Positions 10,078 through 17,113 of a DNA stretch of 55,573 bases are shown here, piece after piece (position 1 is the first letter of the stretch; the number at the start of each line of letters is the position of its first letter). The notes beneath the pieces are model-generated. The model was not told the origin of the DNA. It did no database searches and saw nothing but the letters and a program-made list of their open reading frames with translations. Location of the stretch: IMG/VR virus record IMGVR_UViG_3300018083_000009, positions 1-55,573 of that record. The stretch is one strand, 5' to 3'. Source of the stretch: a virus. Taxonomy: Duplodnaviria; Caudoviricetes. The position numbers and the translations under genes were made by a program.

Positions 10078-10439
10078 CCTCCGAAATAGAACGACCGTGC
10101 ATAGGCTAGCAAAGCTTCCTCTTGACGATCTGTAAGAGAAACATTCTGCCAATGAGTAAACCAGTTCTGACACTGCAAGAATGCAGTTTCAGGTTTGTTA
10201 TGGTCATTCAAGTCACCAGTGATTTGCACAGCCGGTCCACCCGTTGTCAAAACGATACGATACTCCATGGGTGGAGTCGTGTCGCTATAACAATGCCAGT
10301 TGGAGCGAACTTCAATCGATAACGGATCAGGACGATTATCATCCACTTCCGATTGAGTCATGTTTCCAAACTCTAACGATTCAATCTCTACAGCCCACGC
10401 AAGAGCCATTTCGACTGCGTTATCTTTGTCATCCATCAT
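10074..10439 (-). CDS. Hypothetical protein (LTTGGPA motif)
   Basis: ORF with the conserved RBS repeat. Confidence 0.65.
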   Translation of the reverse strand: MMDDKDNAVEMALAWAVEIESLEFGNMTQSEVDDNRPDPLSIEVRSNWHCYSDTTPPMEYRIVLTTGGPAVQITGDLNDHNKPETAFLQCQNWFTHWQNVSLTDRQEEALLAYARSFYFGG

Positions 10440-10540
10440 TCCATTCCTTTACAGTTCAAACAGGTTAAGTCACGTTCCTTGATTCATTCCGAATCAAGAA
10501 GAGTGCAACATCATATGATGTTGCAATCCTATTGATTAGG

Positions 10541-10813
10541 CTAGTCGATCTTTACAACGTGAACACCTTCGCAACGATAGACAACTTCACCGTTTATTGT
10601 GAAGGTGTCACCATCTTTCAAATGCTCATTGGTCTGATAAAGGTCATACAAGCACTCATGCATACGTTCATTATTCTCTCGTATCAAATCCATGTCGCCG
10701 TCTTTATAACGAACGAACAATAAAACTTGCATGGACTTAGATGCGCCAGAATATTTTAATTCCGAAACATAATAGTAACCGTGCGAGTCTTGCTCTAGTT
10801 TATATTCCATCAT
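10541..10813 (-). CDS. Hypothetical protein
   Basis: ORF with the conserved RBS repeat. Confidence 0.65.
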   Translation of the reverse strand: MMEYKLEQDSHGYYYVSELKYSGASKSMQVLLFVRYKDGDMDLIRENNERMHECLYDLYQTNEHLKDGDTFTINGEVVYRCEGVHVVKID

Positions 10814-10894
10814 TCATTCCTTTACTGTTTCGAGACTCTAACCATCTAGGCTAGACTGTTACTCCTGGCATACCGCCAGGAGTAACCGTATAGG

Positions 10895-11570
10895 CTAGAA
10901 CTCAATCGTAATCGTTACGCTAGCATCACGAACCTTGATCGATCCGGATATTTTCGAAGTATCAACGTTCAACGCGTCGGCAATCAGGTTCCGCAGGTCG
11001 GAACCCTGGAAAGCTTTGCGGGCTGCTTTGCCGATAGGCTCTGCAATCGCCTCAGAGGCATCGCCAGAGGCTACAGGCTTGCCAGTTTTACGTAACCCCT
11101 TGCCCACGATCTTTGCCGCCACAGCATAGCTTGGAGCGGCCTTGTAGGATTGCCTCGCAATCGGGGTGAAGTCATACCGCCCGAGTCGGATTTGGGCATC
11201 GGTCAGAGTCGGAAAAAAGAAATGCGAGGTTTGCCGTTGAGCACGCCAAGCATTCCGTTTCGTCATCAGAACATAATGAGAAATGTTGAGAGAGGCTCCC
11301 ATCATGATTCCGTTGTTATCGGTAGCGTTACAATCCCGCACGATACCGATAAGAAACGCGGAATTGTGTGGCTCGGTTGCACCGTTAACCGTTGCGTTCT
11401 GGCAGCAAACGACATACTTGACGCTTTCCGCGCGAGTCAACTTGAACGGTAGCGCAGTCGTTACGACTCCGCTTTTGATGATTTGTTCTGGCGACTCGCC
11501 AGTGTAAACCATCATTACGGAACCGAGGTCGTTATTCATCTTTACCATTTGTTTCACTTTCATTTTCATC
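10895..11570 (-). CDS. Hypothetical protein (~220 aa; start uncertain)
   Basis: Long ORF; the true start is probably downstream of the hairpin at 11582-11650. Confidence 0.6.
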
Positions 11571-11647
11571 ACTAGATTGTGTCTGGCCACTTGATCGACT
11601 CCAGAAAGATGCAACATCGTATTGATGTTGCATCCTTATGTTTTCGA

Positions 11648-12031
11648 TTAGCCTTTGATTGCGTCACGTAAACGATCGTTGAATGCCAGGACTGCACTCA
11701 AATATTCCTCGTGCGAACTGACCGTTTCGGCAAGTTCTGCAAGATCGATACCGGATAGGCTAGAGTCCAGATCGTTAACTCTCGATTCGATTCCATCATG
11801 ATCGTCGATTTTGGAATCGATATCGTCAAGTCTGCCATCCATGTCGGCAATATCTGACTCCATGGATTGCATACGAACCAGAAGCGAATCGTTGGTATTC
11901 TCTAACGATTCGATCTTGTCCTGCATCATTCCGATAACGTCCCGGAGTTCCCGGATCGTTTGTTTCAGTTCTGGAAGCAAGTCCAGGGGACTCGTGCCAT
12001 CGAACCGAATGGTTACGTTTTCGAATTGCAT
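11648..12031 (-). CDS. Acidic coiled-coil hypothetical protein
   Basis: Heptad pattern; D/E-rich. Confidence 0.65.
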   Translation of the reverse strand: MQFENVTIRFDGTSPLDLLPELKQTIRELRDVIGMMQDKIESLENTNDSLLVRMQSMESDIADMDGRLDDIDSKIDDHDGIESRVNDLDSSLSGIDLAELAETVSSHEEYLSAVLAFNDRLRDAIKG

Positions 12032-12132
12032 TGTTCTACTTTCATTTCAGTTTCATTAGGTTAGTGTCTGGCCACATGATCGACTCCAGAAAACTGCAAC
12101 GTTGCAAGAACGTTGCAATTTTATGCTTTCGA

Positions 12133-12345
12133 TTAGCCTTTAGTCTTTAACCATTTACCATCAACTTGCTTCTGATATTGTTGGCCTTTACCAGCACCTA
12201 AACCAATGCCGAATTTTTTGTGACACTTAGGACACAAATTCGCCCACGGTCCAAACTTAGTGCGACCATCAATAAATGTCGTTGTGATAACGCATTTATT
12301 CAGATCACATTCGGTTGGTTCTAAACCAATCCAATACTTTTCCAT
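12133..12345 (-). CDS. Small Cys-containing phage hypothetical protein
   Basis: CDL..C...DGRTKFGPWANLCPKC...GLG.GKGQ pattern; conserved RBS. Confidence 0.65.
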   Translation of the reverse strand: MEKYWIGLEPTECDLNKCVITTTFIDGRTKFGPWANLCPKCHKKFGIGLGAGKGQQYQKQVDGKWLKTKG

Positions 12346-12443
12346 AGCTCACTTTCCTTTTCAGTTCGTTTCAGATTCCAAACCATTTTCATGTTTTGGT
12401 GCTTGCTCCTGGCCTACCGCCAGGAGCAATCATAAAAACACGA

Positions 12444-12677
12444 TTAAGCAATTACGTAACCGTTATTTTCACCTTCGCCTTTAAATTCGATTACGTCATT
12501 ATGTGTAATCGCATCGTGACCGCGGAATCCAATCATGACAGGGATTCGAAACTCGTTAGGCTTCCGAACCCATGTTATAGTGCGACCGTTACGACGCACC
12601 TTCCAAAATCTTCCGTTACGCATACGGACATACATTCTGTCAGCGTCAAGTGCTGACTCAATTTCATTAAGTTCCAT
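12444..12677 (-). CDS. Hypothetical protein
   Basis: ORF with the conserved RBS repeat. Confidence 0.65.
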   Translation of the reverse strand: MELNEIESALDADRMYVRMRNGRFWKVRRNGRTITWVRKPNEFRIPVMIGFRGHDAITHNDVIEFKGEGENNGYVIA

Positions 12678-12764
12678 AGCTCACTTTCCTTCAGTTCGTT
12701 TCAGTTATCAAACGCGATGTTGCGTTTGTAGAATGAGTGCTCGCACTCATTCCATAAAAGCAAC

Positions 12765-12998
12765 TTAACCCATATAGAGCAACGTTCCGTTTAACGTTCC
12801 GAAAACATTACTATACATTTCAGCCTCTTTCGGAGTCGCTTCCCGTTCCAAATTGGAAACGAGAATTTGTGCTTCCTTTTTCGTTATCCTAATCCAACGT
12901 TCCGACGTTCCGAAACGCGCTTGAATGTATACCACTTTGGCAACATTCAAAGCGCATTGCAAAGCGTCAACCGTTGTTAGATTATGATGACTCGACAT
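12765..12998 (-). CDS. Hypothetical protein
   Basis: ORF; likely start MSSHH after AAGGAA. Confidence 0.6.
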   Translation of the reverse strand: MSSHHNLTTVDALQCALNVAKVVYIQARFGTSERWIRITKKEAQILVSNLEREATPKEAEMYSNVFGTLNGTLLYMG

Positions 12999-13081
12999 TT
13001 TCACATTCCTTTTCATTTCGTTTCAGGTTCTAGCGTATGCTAGTAAATGCATCCCATGGGATGCATTCATTAGGATAAGCT

Positions 13082-13249
13082 TTAGACCATATCTTCGCGC
13101 ATTGTAAAAGTTACCTTCTGAGAATGATTCAACAATCTCAGAAGCTTGTTAGCCTCTTGCGAGGTGACAGGTTCATTGCAGTTGTTATACAGGCTGATTA
13201 AAGCCTGCTCTAGCAATGCGATTTGATATTGTGTCAACTTAGTTACCAT
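13082..13249 (-). CDS. First gene of the early array (55 aa), not in ORF track
   Basis: Manual translation MVTKLTQYQIALLEQALISLYNNCNEPVTSQEANKLLRLLNHSQKVTFTMREDMV; followed by a hairpin element. Confidence 0.6.
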   Translation of the reverse strand: MVTKLTQYQIALLEQALISLYNNCNEPVTSQEANKLLRLLNHSQKVTFTMREDMV

Positions 13250-13505
13250 TTCATTTCACTTTCATTACTAGGGTTATCACTCTGTATTTATCCGGGCTTG
13301 TGACCGGCATAGGCTACATTACAAGGCGACTCTTAAAGCTAAAGCTTTATCGCGTATTTACGCTAAAGAGTCGCATTGAACCTAGTTTCGAAACTGAAAG
13401 GAACAATGGAACCTTGCCAATGGTGAGCGCCAGGATTCGCTTTTATCTATTCTGGCGCTTGCACTCTATCCCTAGGGGATAGCCTAGCAAGGTTAGCTTA
13501 TTCGA

Positions 13506-13516
13506 TTGTCAAAGAG
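13506..13516 (-). promoter_or_regulatory. boxA-like antitermination site (CTCTTTGACAA)
   Basis: Close match to rrn boxA (GCTCTTTAACA) in the leader of the leftward operon. Confidence 0.55.
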
Positions 13517-13795
13517 TGGGACTCCGCTTTCCCCAAAAATTCGAAACGGTAACGACTCTTCGCGTTTTATGCTTGCGTTACCTAGCGTTTCAATTTGCCA
13601 CCGCATTGTGGGCTTGAGTCTTACCTTTGCCGGTAGATCAGTCGGTTAAACACTTAATCCATTGGAATCGTCGGCGCTGATTCGTAAGACTCGGATCGTT
13701 GGTCAGGCTAGTTAATCCAAGCCCATAACAGGCTCTAAATGGCGACTCATTGTTTAACCCTATGCGCCAAGCGCAAAGGTAAGTGGGGGAGCGGA

Positions 13796-13812
13796 TTCAG
13801 TTTTCAAAGATC
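13796..13812 (-). promoter_or_regulatory. boxA-like site (GATCTTTGAAAACTGAA) preceded by a boxB-like hairpin (13816-13854)
   Basis: Matches the rrn-leader form of boxA; hairpin AGGGAAGCCC/GGGCTTCCCT lies directly upstream on the minus strand. Confidence 0.6.
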
Positions 13813-13881
13813 AGAGGGAAGCCCGGTAGGCTAGGCTAGGCTCGGGGCTTCCCTTGTAGTCTAGTAGATAGTAGAAATTGT

Positions 13882-13920
13882 TATATAGGGATTAGTTTTC
13901 GAATTACAAGGGGTTATTTT
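13882..13920 (-). promoter_or_regulatory. Putative sigma70 early promoter (TTGTAA-16-TATATA) with upstream A-tract
   Basis: Minus strand reads AAAATAACCCCTTGTAATTCGAAAACTAATCCCTATATAAC. Confidence 0.5.
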
Positions 13921-14021
13921 ACTTAGAATGTCGATTTTCTTACTGTCAGCTTACTAAGGATTTACAAGGGTTTACTGCTAATACTGGCGAGTTCTCTTAT
14001 ATTTCCTTAGCAATGCCATGG

Positions 14022-14073
14022 TTTGACATAAGGCAAGATCCACCCCGCAGGGTAAGGCTTGCCTTATGTCAAA
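14022..14073. repeat. Perfect 16-bp inverted repeat TTTGACATAAGGCAAG / CTTGCCTTATGTCAAA
   Basis: Direct inspection. Confidence 0.8.
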
Positions 14074-14270
14074 ATTGCCTTTTGACAAGCTTCCCTGGCG
14101 AGCCGATAGGCTAGCCATGGCTCTAGAGCCATGGGACCATGGCCGTGGCGCGGCTCAGAGGCATCCCACAGGCCGCCTAGGCCGCTCCTGCTAGGGGGAT
14201 AGCAGGAGACTCCGTTTGGCCAGTTCTGATAAAAGTCAATTGGGACGAATCCCAATTGCGAGACACGATT

Positions 14271-14283
14271 TGCTCTTTGATAA
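14271..14283 (+). promoter_or_regulatory. boxA-like site (TGCTCTTTGATAA) for the rightward operon, preceded by hairpin 14237-14258
   Basis: Match to TGCTCTTTAACA with an upstream stem-loop. Confidence 0.45.
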
Positions 14284-14295
14284 TCTCATATGATC

Positions 14296-14356
14296 TAGCT
14301 GCTAGATAGCTGCTATCTTCTAGATAGCTGCTAGATAGCTGCTAGATAGCTGCTAG
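14296..14356. repeat. Five TAGCTGCTA palindromic units, mostly at an 11-bp period
   Basis: Copies start at 14296, 14307, 14325, 14336 and 14347. Confidence 0.85.
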
Positions 14357-14695
14357 CTTCCACTAGCTATCCGATAGCTACCGCTAGCAAGCAAAACGCA
14401 TGGCCGCTCGTTTACCATTCCGAAATGGGAACGATATTGATTGACCAATAGCTGGCATTCACTATTCCGAAAACGGAACGATGTTTGACATAGCTATGGC
14501 GTATGATGGTTCCAGACGCGGAACTGTGTTATCCATCCATAGAGTTGACCCTTTGCTCCTGGCGTTGGGACCAACGCTACCGCGATTCTATAATTTTTGC
14601 AAATATGCCGATTCAAGCTTGCGCCAATCCGCCAGGAGAGTAAGTTAGCTAGGCCGATGATTCGAATCGGTAACAAATCCCCATATAGGTAAGTT

Positions 14696-15502
14696 ATGTC
14701 AGATGACGTGCAAACTTTGCAACGGAGTCCGGATGATTCTGGCTCCGATGTGGCCGCAATGGAAAATGAAAACATTGCGGAGGAAACCACAAGAAAACGT
14801 CGCCGCTTCCGACCAGATGAAATCAGGCTCGCGAATAAATTCGTTTCACTCGCGGAACCGGGCACGCCAATTGAGTTTAGTGAACTCGAAACGGAACTGA
14901 AACGGGCTGTTTTACCTAACAGACAAACTCGTTTGGTTGACCGCGGAATCCTCGAAGTTGATTACGACGAGGAAACGGGATTGCTTAGGACGGTAACTGT
15001 TAATACCGAAATGCTTAAAGAGTATGAGTGGGATTTGATTCCGATTAAGGAACCAAAAGTTTCCGCTCGTGTAACGTTGAAAGGTGAACCACGGCAACGT
15101 AAACCGCGCAACATGCTTGCCGATCCGAAATATAAAATCAGCATGTTGGCGGAAAAGAATCCGAAACGTCCAGGCTCGCACTCGTGGTTTAATTGGGAAA
15201 ATTGTTATCACGATGGCGAATCAGTTCCGGATTACCTATCGCAAATGAATTATCCGCGTATGCTTATCACATCAAAAGGAACTTATTTTAACGGACCATC
15301 GACTCTGTTTATCGAACAAGATTTGAAGGCCGGTCATATTGGTATCTATGATTCAACGATGCCGACCACGCTAGATGATGGCAGCAAAAATCCTGCTATC
15401 TGGGTTAAGTTTGAAGACCTGAGTCGTATCATGGTTGACGACCCTGAGCCTGATGATGACGATCCCGAAAATGGCGAATCAGCCGAGACCCCAACAGAGT
15501 AA
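14696..15502 (+). CDS. Hypothetical protein, first gene of the rightward early/middle operon
   Basis: 268-aa ORF with basic patches and an acidic tail. Confidence 0.7.
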   Translation: MSDDVQTLQRSPDDSGSDVAAMENENIAEETTRKRRRFRPDEIRLANKFVSLAEPGTPIEFSELETELKRAVLPNRQTRLVDRGILEVDYDEETGLLRTVTVNTEMLKEYEWDLIPIKEPKVSARVTLKGEPRQRKPRNMLADPKYKISMLAEKNPKRPGSHSWFNWENCYHDGESVPDYLSQMNYPRMLITSKGTYFNGPSTLFIEQDLKAGHIGIYDSTMPTTLDDGSKNPAIWVKFEDLSRIMVDDPEPDDDDPENGESAETPTE

Positions 15503-15515
15503 CAAAATCAGGGGC

Positions 15516-15544
15516 TTGACGGTACCCCGCCAGGAGCGCATGAT
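15516..15544 (+). promoter_or_regulatory. Putative sigma70 promoter TTGACG-17-CATGAT with CGCCAGGAG in the spacer
   Basis: Direct inspection; an inverted motif copy follows at 15548-15556. Confidence 0.55.
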
Positions 15545-15644
15545 TGGCTCCTGGCGGTTGACCGCCAGATTATGTTACGCAAACGGACAGATTATTAAAT
15601 TTAACAATCCGTCCGTTTTCGCAACGATAATGTGAGGAAAATCA

Positions 15645-16910
15645 ATGACTTATGAGTTCCACCGCTATGCCAACATCTTTCCACTCATGCACGAGAACTC
15701 GAACGAGTTTCTCAACTTGAAAGATAGTCTAAAGCAAACCGGAATGATTGTTCCGGTGCTGTTATTTGGCGATAAGATTCTAGATGGTCGCAATCGTTAC
15801 CGATGCCATTTAGAAGATGAAACAATAGAGTTGAAAACAGAACAATTTAATGGCACCGACGAAGAAGCTTTAAATTATTCGTTGGCGTTGAATAACACAA
15901 GGCGGCACTTAGTAGAAGGTCAGCGGGCTTTAGCGGCAATCAGATTGTCAGAAGTTCAATCCGGAATGAAAACGATTGAAGGTCAAAAATGGGCGTCTGA
16001 AATATTTGGTGTAAGTCTGTCACTGGTTCGCATGGCGTTTGATATTACCAGATCGCATCATAGTGAAAAGAATCAATTACTTGAAATGATTGAATTAGAT
16101 GATATCGCAATTAGTGCGGCGCATAACATTCTAAAGAATTTACCGCCTGAGAAATGGGAACAGGCGGCGCTATCCGATAAGAATGCGAAACAATGGATCA
16201 AAGAAGTTAAGCGCAACGACAACGAACTTAAGTTTGCGAACAAAACAGTAGCGGCGAATCGGGCACTCGAAAACGATACGATGTTATATGGAGTTATTTA
16301 TATCGATCCACCATGGAGGTTCGAAGTTCGATCTGAGAATGGAATGGATCGCAGTGCTGAGAATCATTATCCAACCATGACTCTTGATGACATACGCGGA
16401 ATGAAAATTCCCGCTGCTGATGATTGTGTTATGTTCTTGTGGGCAACCGTGCCGCACTTAAATAACGCAATCGAAATATTGGAAGGTTGGGGCTTCACTT
16501 ATAAGTCAGCTTATTTCTGGCATAAAACGAAACCGGGCTTAGGGTATTGGTCCGCCAACACAATGGAAGTTTTGTTGCTAGGTGTGAAAGGTGAAATTCC
16601 TGCTCCACTACCGGAACAAAGAATGGATCAAGTCATTAAAGCAGAACAAGGTAAACACAGTGAGAAACCGGAGGTATTTGCCGATGGTATAACTAAGATG
16701 TTTCCTAACGTTGCTAAAGTAGATATGTTTGCACGTAAGCGGAGTCATAAGGGAGATAATTGGTATTACCATGGAAACGAAGTTGGAGAAGAGTCAGAGG
16801 AAACCACCGCAGAAACTAAAAATAGAAAACCCCGCAATGGTAACGGCAACGGAAGAAAGAAAGCCGCGGAAATCGAATCAAGCTCAGAACAAGAAGAAAC
16901 TCCCCAGTGA
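15645..16910 (+). CDS. ParB/Srx-like domain fused to an MT-A70-family N6-adenine methyltransferase
   Basis: N-terminal FP.M...L..SLK..G...PV....ILDGRNRYR...N..RRHL (ParB-like); C-terminal IYIDPPW...HYPTM..MFLWAT...HSEKPE..DMFAR (MT-A70). Confidence 0.85.
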   Translation: MTYEFHRYANIFPLMHENSNEFLNLKDSLKQTGMIVPVLLFGDKILDGRNRYRCHLEDETIELKTEQFNGTDEEALNYSLALNNTRRHLVEGQRALAAIRLSEVQSGMKTIEGQKWASEIFGVSLSLVRMAFDITRSHHSEKNQLLEMIELDDIAISAAHNILKNLPPEKWEQAALSDKNAKQWIKEVKRNDNELKFANKTVAANRALENDTMLYGVIYIDPPWRFEVRSENGMDRSAENHYPTMTLDDIRGMKIPAADDCVMFLWATVPHLNNAIEILEGWGFTYKSAYFWHKTKPGLGYWSANTMEVLLLGVKGEIPAPLPEQRMDQVIKAEQGKHSEKPEVFADGITKMFPNVAKVDMFARKRSHKGDNWYYHGNEVGEESEETTAETKNRKPRNGNGNGRKKAAEIESSSEQEETPQ

Positions 16911-17113
16911 CCTTACGAATGAGGAACGATGGTTATTGATGTTTCTTTATCCTAACGTATCGATTCAATGGGCGCGTGTATATGGTCCTTATGTTGATAA
17001 GATGTTTAAATATGGCTATATTGAATGGAAATATAAGGACGCTCGTGGTGCTTACTTCTCCACGATTCGATTGACTGATACAGGTAAAGAAAGATATGCA
17101 AAGGAAATGAAAT

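Larger units (their letters stand above)
7413..13084 (-). repeat. Array of 12 structure-conserved intergenic hairpin elements, each followed by a GAAAC..TGAAAGGAA RBS repeat
   Basis: Elements at approximately 7413-7470, 8038-8100, 8725-8793, 9377-9436, 9787-9850, 10478-10543, 10845-10897, 11582-11650, 12067-12135, 12378-12446, 12709-12767 and 13030-13084; each begins at a stop codon. Confidence 0.85.
13260..13860. ncRNA. Candidate large structured RNA / early-operon leader
   Basis: No credible ORF; many nested helices (13523-34/13785-95, 13607-16/13718-28, 13616-24/13684-92, 13326-34/13366-74, 13410-17/13487-94). Confidence 0.5.

Noticed and set aside
7413-13084. Early hairpin array as a CRISPR array or a bona fide integron
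   Set aside because: The repeats are not identical and the spacers are whole genes. No cas or tyrosine integrase gene is present, and RYYYAAC/GTTRRRY boxes are not consistently found. An attC-like role is kept only as an alternative hypothesis.
14484-14508. TTGACA...TATGAT as a promoter
   Set aside because: The spacer is only 11 bp, which is incompatible with sigma70 geometry.
13260-14690. tRNA, tmRNA, self-splicing intron or hammerhead ribozyme in the non-coding region
   Set aside because: I could not identify a cloverleaf with T-loop, intron core motifs or a CUGAUGA/GAAA core by eye.
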